DNA of 64,000 nt. Origin: Chrysomallon squamiferum. Its lineage: Eukaryota; Animalia; Mollusca. The notes beneath the pieces are model-generated. The model searched no databases, was not told the origin of the DNA, and saw nothing but the letters and a program-made list of their open reading frames with translations. This document shows, piece after piece, positions 40,701 through 52,460 of this stretch (the first letter of the stretch is position 1; each line of letters opens with the position of its first letter). The stretch spans positions 1,240,001 to 1,304,000 of the forward strand of contig CM022678.1 in NCBI GenBank assembly GCA_012295275.1, read 5' to 3'. Position numbers and translations under genes: made by a program.

Positions 40701-42707
40701 CTATAAACCGTAAGTTAAAAACTGAAAGTGTTCTCTTCTTTACATGTTTAATAGATAACACAATACATAGTAGTCACTAGTAGTACTTTTCTGTCACACA
40801 TTGTAACGTGAACAACATAGAAACATACACATAAATTCATAGACACAATGCATACATACCTGTGCTTACATTTAGCACATGCACAAAATATCTACATGCA
40901 GACATGGAATAAACAGACACACACAAATATATTCAGACGCAGTGTATGTATGTTCAACTGCATGTTGTCATATCTCTATATCTAGATACAAAAAACTGCT
41001 ACTATATTTAATAATGATGTCTAATTCTGAGAATTTTGCAGGTAAAAACATTTTCTGAAATTATCCATTGAAGGTGTGAATTATAAAAATGTATTTTCTC
41101 TGTTTCACTGCAGTACAACAGTCAGCAAACCTAGGTCATTCAGTTGTTTCTCAAATAGGAAATAACTATGGATGCGGTGAGTTAAAAACTGAAAGTTTTC
41201 TCTTCTCTACATGTTTAATACATAAAAGAATACAAATCACAGTAGTCATTTTCAGAGAAACAGTGTATGTATGTTAAAGTGTATACTGTCATATGTCTAC
41301 GTAAACAAAAAAAAACATTTGGTGTTTTGTATTTCAAACACTGCTATATCTAATTCTCTAAAATTTCCAGGTAAAATCATTTTTGGAAATTATGGATTGA
41401 AGTTAAGAATTATAAAAAAATTCACTGCAGGACAACAGCTAGCAGACACATCTCATTCTGGTTCTTTTCAATTAGGAAATAACTATGTATCTGATAAGTT
41501 TAATAGATAACAGAATACACACTAGTCATTAGTAGTACTTTTCTGTCAGACACTGTGACCCGAACAACATTGAAACATGCACAATATACAATGTATATTT
41601 ATCTGTACCTACATTTAGCACATACACAAAACACGTCCATATACACACATATACATGCAGACACAGACACAAATATATTCAAACAGAGTCACAGTGTATG
41701 TGTGTTAAACTGCATGTTGATATATCTCTACACATAGATTATACATTTTTAATAATGTTATGTAATTCTCAGAATTTAGCAGGTAAAAATATTTCTAGAA
41801 ATTATCCATTGAATGTGTGAATTATAAAAATGTATTTAATCTGTTTCACAGCAGGACAACTGACAGCAGACGTATCTCATTCTGATTCTATTGAAATAAG
41901 AGATAACACTATAAACCGTAAGTTAAAAACTGAAAGTTTTCTCTTCCCTACATGTTTAATAGATAACACAGTACATAGTAGACATTAGTACTTTTCTGTC
42001 ACACATTGTAACATGAACAACATAGAAACATGCACATAAATTCATACACACAATGCATACATACCTGTACTTACATTTAGCACACACACAAAATATCTAC
42101 ATGCACACGTGGAGTAAAGAGACACACACACAAATATATTCAGACGCAGTGTATGTATGTTCAACTGCATGTTGTCATATCTCTATATCTAGATACAAAA
42201 AACTGCTAATATATTTAATAATGATGTCTAATTCTGAGAATTTTGCAGGTTAAAACATTTTTAGAAATTATCCATTGAAGGTGTGAATTATAAAAATGTA
42301 TTTTCTCTGTTTCACTGCAGTACAACTTTCAGCAGACTCATGTCATTCAGTTGTTTCTACAACAGGAAATAACTATGCATGCGGTGAGTTAAAAACTGAA
42401 AGATTTCTCTTTTCTACATGTTTAATACATAACGGAATACACATCACAGTAGACATTTTCAGAGACACAGTGTATGTATGTTAAAATGTATACTGTCATA
42501 TGTCTACGTAAATGTTGTTGTTGTTTTTTTGTATTTCGAACACTGCTATATCTAATTATCAAAATTTTGCAGGTAAAAACATTTTCAGAAATTATGGATT
42601 GAAATTGTGAATTATAAAAATGTATTCACTCTCTTTCACTGCAGATCATCAGCCAGCAAACGTATCTCATTCTTGCTCTTTTCAAATAGGAAATAAATAT
42701 GTATACG
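37730..42707 (+). CDS. Microexon array II: 13 phase 1-1 RHIM/HET-s-like exons, (A-B-C)x4+A, higher-order period about 1.21-1.26 kb
   Basis: A: 37730-37792, 38939-39001, 40203-40265, 41431-41493 (donor ATAAGT) and 42645-42707 (GTAAGT). B: 38156-38218, 39374-39436, 40647-40709, 41855-41917 (GTAAGT). C: 38623-38685, 39818-39868 (51 nt), 41114-41176, 42321-42383 (GTGAGT). All follow ttcac(t/a)gcag acceptors and all are stop-free in phase 1. Confidence 0.75.
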
Positions 42708-44662
42708 GTAAGTTAAAAACTGAAAGTTTAATAGATAACAAAATAGATAATAGATGTTTAATAGGTAACAATACACAGTAGTGATTAGTACTTTTCTATC
42801 AGACACTGTGATCTGAACAACATAGAAACATGCACAGTTTATATGTATTATTTCTAATTTATATAAAAAAATACATATTTCTAAAAACGGTTACGGAAAA
42901 GAAAATGATTGTGCAAATATTTTTCGGATAACCCATTAATAGCTTAAATAGAATTTACACACTCACACATACACAGACAGATAATAACATATAAACAAAT
43001 AAACACACAGGTATTAACACATACAAATACGTTCAGGCATAGGATAAGTTCTGACTGAGATTTTCTTCTTAAACTGTTAATATAACTCAACATAAATTAA
43101 ACATGACTATATGCCTGTCATTATTATCATCTGTAAATACTAAATATACTGCAGAGTATACTTAACAACAACAAGAAGAACAATAACAACAACAACAATA
43201 AACAACGGGGCAGTTAACGCAATTGCAAGGAATCTGTAATTAACACCGTCGTCACGTAACCAAATCAGAACCCTGCAACGGGCGTAACACTGTTCCCCAA
43301 AAAAGCACTAACATACAGTCCTCCCTGTATCGGATAGATAGATACCCGATTTTTGTCCGTTCTAAGGATATTCAGGGAACAAGGCCATATATGTATTTAT
43401 ATTTAACATTAAATCATTAGAAATACAAAAACACAAGTTTAGATTTAAAGAATATTTGTATTATATGATCTAACAATAGTTATTTACCGAGTAAGCTTAC
43501 AATGCTTCCACTTCCAATTACAAAAAGTTTTACGCCACAATATCACTCTCACGACATACGTGAACATGTGGGAGATATTAAAGATGTTTAAACTAGTACA
43601 TCCCAAGATGTATTTGAATATGCAAGAGTATCAAATTAACGTGCTGCTTAGTGGGACGTTGACATAACAATCAGTTAAAGTTAACATCGGTTTTGACCTC
43701 AAATTCCCACTATTCTCACCCATTGTTTTAGAGATAATAACCCACAGTTAACTTCGATCAGTCTGATCTCAGATTGCCAGCTATTTTCCAAAATAATGGT
43801 TATACTATTTCAATACATAAACATATACATTTTTTTATTTAGGAAAAACCACATAGGATGTGTTTTAACATTCCTTCCCCAGAGTGGTGCCGAGACTGGT
43901 TTCAACTTCAGCAGACATGCAGACGCTAGTGGGTTCCCCAAAACAATATTTCATAATAGCTTATATATTTTTTAAGGAAATATGACATCCATTACGTATT
44001 AAAGAGGAGACTGGCTTCTTCACCACACTTAGCTTATGTAATTCTTAAGCTTTACATATTAAAGATGAGAGTCTGGTTGTCTCTATCACACCAACAATAA
44101 CTCTAAAAAAGAACATTAGTGATAAGAAACAATGGCAGTACTTTTGAAAGTAGTAGGAGTAATTATATGAAATAAATAACAAAGATGGTGTCAGGGCATT
44201 TCCCCACGGATATTCCCCTCGTGACAGTTCCTACCGTCTACCTGTTTTAACTGTGAAATATCCTCATAGTCTGAGTCATTAATAAGGTCTTTTATGGGGC
44301 CAAACATCGCTTAAATTTGGGAATAATGAAACAGTATAAATTATTTTTGTGTTGTTGTTTTTTTGTTTATCAACAAAATTAACTATTTTAAAGTTCACGT
44401 TGTTCTAAAGTTCATGTCAACAAACTACAATCATTATCCAAATATCTGGCTGTTTCTGGATGTTCCGGAAAAACCCAGCAAAAAACAAATACAGTAACAC
44501 TGCACCAGATACTGTTGTGTCTACAGAGACATCACCCAGCGGCTTCAGACTGCGGCAACAGAGACTGCCAGGACTTTCTCCATGGTGCTGCACACAATCT
44601 CCACATGTAAAATGTTTCAAGTAAACAATTTATGTCATATACAATTATCTTTTTATCTCCAG

Positions 44663-44716
44663 ATAATCTGTACAAGACACCAGTAAAGTCTGATGGAACA
44701 GCACCCAATATCAAAG
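44663..44716 (+). CDS. 54-nt phase 1-1 linker exon (DNLYKTPVKSDGTAPNIK)
   Basis: Acceptor tctttttatctccag| and donor AAAG|gtattt; joins in frame to the 44989 exon. Confidence 0.7.
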
Positions 44717-44988
44717 GTATTTTGTTATTTTATTTTTTAATTATTTTTTAAATAGTTTTCAAAGATATTCATAAACAGAAAGAAAATCATCTCGTTACAT
44801 TTACTTCATCTACAATTGTGACATCTTTCTATCATCATTAAATTCTGATGAACTAAAATTATGACAAAAAACTACTGCTTTATTTCAAAAACTTCACATC
44901 TGATGAACAGTCAGAAATTATTTATATTGTAAACTATGTTTTAAACAGTCACTAACAGATACTATTTTTTGTTTATGTTGTAATATAG

Positions 44989-47900
44989 AGTCAACCAGGT
45001 CATTTTTGAACTCAGTTGACTGGAGAGTCTATGTTGAAACAAGAGCAGAGAAAAGAGGTTTGAGACTTTTGAAGAAGTATGGTGTTGTGATTGTAGTAGG
45101 AAGTCCAGGTTCAGGAAAGACAACTCTTGCTTTGAGCATGATGAGACAGATAGAAATAGAAGAAAAAAGAGAATCTTACTCGCTGAGTCATCACACTGAA
45201 TTCAATGACATCCCTGTATCTGGAAATAAGAAATGTACTGTTCTAATTGATGATATATTTGGTAAGACTAATCTTGTTTCAGATTTTATAGACTCATGGA
45301 AACAGAAATTTCCAAAGCTATGGAATCTTGTTCACGACAGATCTTTGAAATGTATTATTACTTTAAGAAAGCAAATATTTTCAGAAAATGAAACAAGTTT
45401 GAAAAATTTTGATCTCTTTAATGAGAATCATGTTCTTGATCTGCAGAATGATGACTGTTGTCTGAATTATTATGAAAAGGAAGAAATTCTAAACAAATAT
45501 CTTAAACAAAAGGATGTTTCAATGAATGAAATTGATAAAAGGACTGTCATTAAAAGTTCATGTACAGAGTTAGGATTTCCTCAGGTGTGTGTGTTTTATG
45601 TTAATAATACAAGTGATGCACAGAAAAGAGAAGTTGAGTTTTTTATGAAACCTATAGAATATTTGACACTGCAGCTGGAAAATATGAAAAAAGACAAAAC
45701 TTTACAGATCAATTACCTGGTTCTACTGCTGATCTTGTTCAAACAAGGCAGTCTCAGCATTGATTCACTGGACCCATTTAAAAATGACACTGACAGTGAC
45801 ATAATAAATTTAGTAAGACAACTAGAGCGAGTCTGTCAGAGTGTAAAAAACACTGGTCTTACAGAGATCAAGGAAACAGCTGATGTACTGTGTGGTACCT
45901 ATTTGAAGTGCTGTGACAATAAATACACATTTATTCATCAGTCTGTGTTTGACTGTTTGTTTCTGATGTTTTCATCAAAGTTTCCAAAGAAAGCAGCAGA
46001 ATTGCTAGAAGTGTGTCCTGTCTCCATCTTGTTAGAATATGTTGTTACGCCTGGAGTGTCTAACAAAAGTCAGATTGCAATGACTGTGAGACCTGACTGC
46101 TTTGATTTTCTTGCTCGCAGATTTACTGACTTGCTGGCATCAGACAATTTCATAGAAATTTGTTCACATCCATCACTGAAAGACGAAGACTTTTTAAAAT
46201 ACCTGATAGAGGAAAAATACTTTTATGGTAGGTTGTCTGAAATTTTACAGCAAAGACTATCTGTAGAACATCAAAAGCAATATTGTTATATTTCATTTGT
46301 ACATGTAAACTCAACTGAAATTATTAATTATATTTCATATCTTATTGACAATGATTCTAGGTACGCATTTTCTTTGAATCTGGAAGGAAATGTTATAAAT
46401 TCAACATCTGTTCCAAGTGAGTGTATCGCGAATAGACAAAGAACATTGTCAAAATATTTCACATCAAAACTGTTGGAAACGGACTTAATAGACATGAAAA
46501 AAGAACTTTTGGATATTTCTTGTTTTTTTGGTGATGAAGATGTTGTGAGAATGTTGCTAGAATCAGGTGTTATTCCAACATTTGATACATTCAGTGCAGC
46601 TGCTTCTTCAATAACAGACAGTGTAACCATACTCAAAGAACTGTTACAGTATAAAAAGGACATGAAATTGAATGTGTGTTCTGACTTGTTATTTATGTCA
46701 CTTTGGTCAGGTAACATGAACATTGCCTGTCTGTTGGCTGACATGATAAACAAAGAGAAAAACAACAGTGAAATCAAGGAGGAAGCTGTAAAACTGCTAT
46801 TGATTAAGTTCTATAGACATAAAAAGGCGGTTGAGAAGTGTCTGGGAGAATCATTAACGTTTAAAGTCGATGTAAACCCTCTGTTTAAGAAACTGATTAC
46901 CTCTGATATAATAAACAAAATTAAACGCATTGCTATCATTGCTGCTGGTCACAATACTTCAGATTTTATAAAAGAAATAGTGAAACTGAAACCTGATTGT
47001 ATAAATGATGAGAACAGAGAGAAAGTACTTTTAGCAGCAGCAATGTGGGGATCTACTGATACAGTGAATTTTCTCATTGACCATATAGGTAATGATACAG
47101 ATGAGAACAACTGGAAGAAAGGTGAAGTACTGAAAGTTGCAGTGATGTTTAACAGTGTAGATGTTGTTCAGTGTCTTCTTGATAAAGGAGCTGATCCTAA
47201 TGTGAATGTAGCTGTTAACAAGAATTTGGTTCAGTTGTTTAAAGAGGAAACTAGAGTGGAAATGTTGCCTTCCGACACACTCCTCCACATTTCAGTTCTG
47301 CGTGGTGACTTAGATATGGTAAAATCACTGATAGAGAGAAATGCTGATGTTAATGCAGTAAACAGAGATGGGAAAACTGCACTCCATGAGACTGTAAAAG
47401 CAGTGACACACAGAAAGGAAATAGCTTTGTTGTTACTGGAAAATGGTGCTGATATTAACATAAAAGATAAAACAAAAAATACAGCATTACACATAGCATC
47501 TCAAATTGACATAGATGTTGTGAAAAACATAGTAAAAAAAGGCGTTGAAATAAATATAACTAACACTCCAGGTGAAACTCCTCTTTTTGTATCCTTAAAC
47601 ACCAACAGACGGGAAATAGCTTCGTACTTACTAGAACAAGGAGCTGATTTCACTTTAACAGATAATGATAAAAATTCTGTTTTACATTTAGCAGCTAAAC
47701 ATGGAAATATAGAAATTGTGACAGGACTGATTGAAAAAGGTTTTGATGTAAATACTAGAAACAGTCGAGGTGAAACTCCTCTTTTTAAAGCTCTAATCTC
47801 TCGTAATAGCAAAGTAATTTGGTATTTACGTGCACATGGAGCTGATATTAAAATAACAGACAGCGATAACAATTCTATTTTGCACAAAGCAGCTAAATAT

Positions 47901-50900
47901 GGAAATATCGAAATTGTGACCGCACTGATTGAAAAAGGTTTTGACGTGAATATTAGAAACAGTCGAGGTGAAAGTCCTCTTTTTACAGCTCTTACTCACA
48001 AGCAACTTCATCCGTCTCTGAAAAATGAAAAATGTAAAGTAGCTTTGTATCTGCTGGAAAATGAAGCTGATCCTAATTTGACAGACAGTGACAGCAATTC
48101 TGTTTTACACCTAGCAGCCGCACGTGGAAATATAGAAATTGTGACTGCACTGATTAAAAAAGGTGTTGATGTAAATGCTAAAAACAGCCAAAATCGAACA
48201 CCTGTTTTTATAGCTGTTGAGGCTGAACAGACAAAAATAGTTTTGTATTTACTGGAACATGAAGCTGATCCTAATTTAACAGACAAAGATAACAATTCTG
48301 TTTTACACGTAGCAGCTGTAACTGGAAATATAGAAATTGTGACAGCACTGATTGAGAAAGGCTTTAATGTAAATATTAAAAACAGCCAAGGTCAAACTCC
48401 TCTTTTTTACACTCTTATTGAATGTACAGGTAATCCATTTCTGTTGGATGAAAAATGTCAAGTATTTTTCTATTTACTGGAACATGGAGCTGATTTTAAT
48501 TTAACAGACAAAGATAACAATTCTGTTTTATATTTAGCAGCTAAATATGGAAATCAAGAAATTGTGTCTGCACTGATCAAAAAAGGTGCTGATATAAATA
48601 TTAAAAACAAACATGGTCAAACTCCTCTTTTTTTCCCTTTTATTGAATGTAAACTTGATCCATCACTGATGGACGAAAAATGTAAAGTATTTTTGTATTT
48701 ACTGGAACATGGAGCTGATCCTAATATTAGAAACAATGATAACAGTTCTGTTCTACACACAGTCGCTGCACATGGAAATCTAGAACTTGTGACTGCACTG
48801 GTTGAAAAAGGTGTTGATGTAAATATTAGAAACAAACATGGTCAAACTCCTCTTTTTTCGACTTTTATTCACTGTAAACTTGATCCATCTCAAATGTATG
48901 AAAAATATAAAATAGTTTTGTATTTACTGGAACATGGAGCTGATTATAATTTAACAGACAATGATAACTATTCAGTTTTACACCTAGCAGCTGCGTATGG
49001 AAATCTGGAAATTGTGTCTGCACTGATCGAAAAAGGTGCTAATTTGAATATTAGAAACACACACGGGGAAACTCCACTTTTTTACATTTTTATTGAATGT
49101 AAATTTGATCCATCACTGATGGATAAAAAATATAAAGTATTTATGTATTTACTGGAACATGGAGCTGATCCTAATATTAGAAACAATGATAACAATTCTG
49201 TTCTATACGCAGTCGCTGCATATGCAAATCTAGAAATTGTGACAGCACTGATTAAGAAAGGTTGTGACGTAAATATTAGAAACAGCCAAGGTAGAACTCC
49301 TCTTTTTGCAGCTCTTGCTTCCTGTCACCGTGATCCATCTCTGAATATTGAAAAATATAAAGTATTTTTCTATTTACTGCAAAATGGAGCTGATCCTAAT
49401 TTAACAGACAATGATAACAATTCTGTTTTACACACAGCAGCTCAATTTGGAAATACAGAAATTGTGGAAGCACTGATTGAAAAAGGTTGTGATGTAAATA
49501 TTAAAAACAGCCAAGGTAGAACTCCTCTTTTTGCAGCTCTTGTTTTCTGTCTGCGTGATCCATCTCTGAATACTGAAAAATATAAAGTATTTTTCTATTT
49601 ACTGCAAAATGGAGCTGATCCTAATTTAACAGACAATGATAACAATTCTGTTTTACACGGAGCAGCTGAATTTGGAAATACAGAAATAGTAAAAGCACTG
49701 ACTGAGAAAGGTTGTGATGTAAATATTAAAAACAGCCAAGGTCATACTCCTCTTTTTGCAGCTCTTGTTTTCTGTCTGCGTGATCCATCTCTGAATATTG
49801 AAAAATATAAAGTATTTTTCTATTTACTGCAAAATGGAGCTGATCCTAATTTAACAGACAATCATAACAATTCTGTTTTACACGGAGCAGCTCAATTTGG
49901 AAATATAGAAATAGTAAAAGCACTGACTGAGAAAGGTTGTGATGTAAATATTAAAAACAGCCAAGGTCAGACTCCTCTTTTTGCAGCTCTTGTTTTCTGT
50001 CTGCATGATCCATCTCTGAATATTGAAAAATATAAAGTAATTTTCTATTTACTGCAAAATGGAGCTGATCCTAATTTAACAGACAATGATAACAATTCTG
50101 TTTTACACGGAGCAGCTGAATTTGGAAATATAGAAATAGTAAAAGCACTGACTGAGAAAGGTTGTGATGTAAATATTAAAACCAGCCAAGGTCAGACTCC
50201 TCTTTTTGCAGCTCTTGTTTTCTGTCTGCGTGATCCATCTCTGAATATTGAAAAATATAAAGTATTTTTCTATTTACTGCAAAATGGAGCTGATCCTAAT
50301 TTAACAGACAATGATAGCAATTCTGTTTTACACGTAGCAGCTGAATTTGGAAATATAGAAATAGTAAAAGCACTGATTAAAAAAGGTGTTGATGTGAATA
50401 TTAAAAACAGCCAAGGTAGAACTCCTCTTTTTGCAGCTCTTGTTTTCTGTCTGCATGATCCATCTCTGAATATTGAAAAATATAAAGTATTTTTCTATTT
50501 ACTGCAAAATGGAGCTGATCCCAATTTAACAGACAATGATAACAATTCTGTTTTATACGGAGCAGCTGAATTTGGAAATATAGAAATAGTAAAAGCACTG
50601 ACTGAGAAAGGTTGTGATGTAAATATTAAAAACAGCCGAGGTAGAACTCCTCTTTTTATAGCTGTTGCTTGCTGTCTGCGTGATCCATCTCTGAATATTG
50701 AAAAATATAAAGTATTTTTCTATTTACTGCAAAATGGAGCTGATCCTAATTTAACAGACAATGATAACAATTCTGTTTTACACGCAGCAGCTGAATTTGG
50801 AAATATAGAAATAGTAAAAGCACTGACTGAGAAAGGTTGTGATGTAAATATTAAAAACAGCCGAGGTAGAACTCCTCTTTTTGCAGCTGTTGCTTGCTGT

Positions 50901-51485
50901 CTGCGTGATCCATCTCTGAATATTGAAAAATATAAAGTAATTTTCTATTTACTGCAAAATGGAGCTGATCCTAATTTAACAGACAATGATAACAATTCTG
51001 TTTTACACGCAGCAGCTGCATTTGGAAATATAGAACTAGTAAAAGCACTGACTGAGAAAGGTTGTGATGTAAATATTAAAACCAGCCAAGGTCAGACTCC
51101 TCTTTTTGCAGCTCTTGTTTTCTGTCTGCATGATCCATCTCTGAATATTGAAAAATATAAAGTAATTTTCTATTTACTGCAAAATGGAGCTGATCCTAAT
51201 TTAACAGACAATCATAACAATGCTGTTTTACACGTAGCAGTTCAAGTTGGAAATATAGAAATTGTGAAAGCACTGACTGAGAAAGGTTGTGATGTAAATA
51301 TTAAAAACAGCCGAGGTAGAACTCCTCTTTTTAAAGCTCTTGCTTTCTGTCTGTGTGATCCATCTCTGAATATTGAAAAATATACAGTATTTTTCTATTT
51401 ACTGGAAAATGGAGCTGATCCTAATTTAACAGACAATGGTAACAATTCTGTTTTACACGTAGCAGTTCAAGTTGGAAATATAGAA
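44989..51485 (+). CDS. Giant exon: nSTAND3-type P-loop NTPase, helical/winged-helix region and long ankyrin repeat array (NLR-like receptor); 3' end lost in the gap
   Basis: Acceptor taatatag| (phase 1, ESTRSFLNSVDWRVYVETRA). YVET motif, Walker A GSPGSGKTT, Walker B VLIDDIFG, IITLRK, GFPQVC and FIHQSV. Dozens of GADPN..TPLF/SVLH..AA ankyrin repeats in an uninterrupted frame of more than 2100 codons. Confidence 0.93.
49260..51485 (+). repeat. About 10 near-identical 225-bp (75-aa, two-ankyrin) coding units
   Basis: gatgtaaatattaaaaacagccaaggt recurs at 49491, 49716 and onward (period 225). Confidence 0.95.
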
Positions 51486-51685
51486 NNNNNNNNNNNNNNN
51501 NNNNNNNNNNNNNNNNNNNNNNNNNNNNNNNNNNNNNNNNNNNNNNNNNNNNNNNNNNNNNNNNNNNNNNNNNNNNNNNNNNNNNNNNNNNNNNNNNNNN
51601 NNNNNNNNNNNNNNNNNNNNNNNNNNNNNNNNNNNNNNNNNNNNNNNNNNNNNNNNNNNNNNNNNNNNNNNNNNNNNNNNNNNNN
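51486..51685. other. Assembly gap (200 N)
   Basis: Run of n; probably a fixed-size placeholder. Confidence 0.99.
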
Positions 51686-52460
51686 TTGAAGAAAAAACAG
51701 AACTCAAACCGGCGATATAACGCCAACAAACCATATTTCACGAGGGTAAAATTACAATTAAGAGCCCTCAAGCTGCTTCATAAAATTTCAAAGATAATAA
51801 AACTAATTATTATGTCCAGCTTCTTTTCATTCGTGTCACATAACCGGTTTTAGTTATTGTAGCATGTTGAAAATTCCGTAAAAGTTTCAAGATGGCGATC
51901 GAAAACCGAAATTACACAGACCATATTTCACGAGGCGATCATAACAATTTAAAAACCATAACTTTTGATAAAATTTTAAAGACGGTAAGATAAAAACTAA
52001 TTATTATGTCCAGCTACTTTTCGTTTCGTGTCCAGTAACCGGTTATTGTAGCATGTTGAAAATTCCAGAAGTTTCAAGATGGCGACCGAACACCAAAATG
52101 ACCAACAGACCATTTTTGATGTAGCGATCATAACAGTTGAATGCGTCCAAGCATTTTGATAAAATTTTAAAGACAATAATATAAAAAACTAATTATTATG
52201 TCCAGCTACTTTTCATTCGTGTCACGTAACCGGTTTTAGTTATTGTAGCATGTTGAAAATTCTGTAAAAGTGTCACGATGGCGATCGAACACCGAAATGA
52301 CCAAAATACCATATTTCACGAGGCAATCATAACAATTTAAAAAAAATAACTTTTGATAAAATTTTAAAGACAATAAGATAAAAAACAAAGTTAATGTCTA
52401 CTTACCTTTCGTTCGTGTCCAGTAGCTGGTTTTAGTGGTTCAAGCGTGTTGAAAATTCGT
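51686..52460. repeat. About 192-194-bp tandem repeat, about 4 copies, possibly internal to a non-autonomous DNA transposon extending to about 52870
   Basis: ttattatgtccagct at 51807, 52001 and 52193; recurring tcaagatggcga(t/c)cgaa. Termini not identified. Confidence 0.8.

Noticed and set aside
43200-44330. Possible transposon insertion in the intron
   Set aside because: Composition differs from the flanks, but I could not identify terminal repeats, a target-site duplication or coding remnants.
44411-44620. GC-richer, exon-like stretch just upstream of the linker exon
   Set aside because: No acceptor/donor pair gives a phase 1-1 stop-free exon with an adequate following intron.
46328-50598. 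Minus-strand ORFs within the STAND-ankyrin exon, and plus-strand ORFs at 62282-63654
   Set aside because: Antisense shadows of the ankyrin coding frame.
45006-51689. ORF-track start (TTG 45006) and end (51689) for the 2227-aa protein
   Set aside because: TTG is an internal Leu 17 nt after a splice acceptor, and the end is an artefact of reading through Ns.
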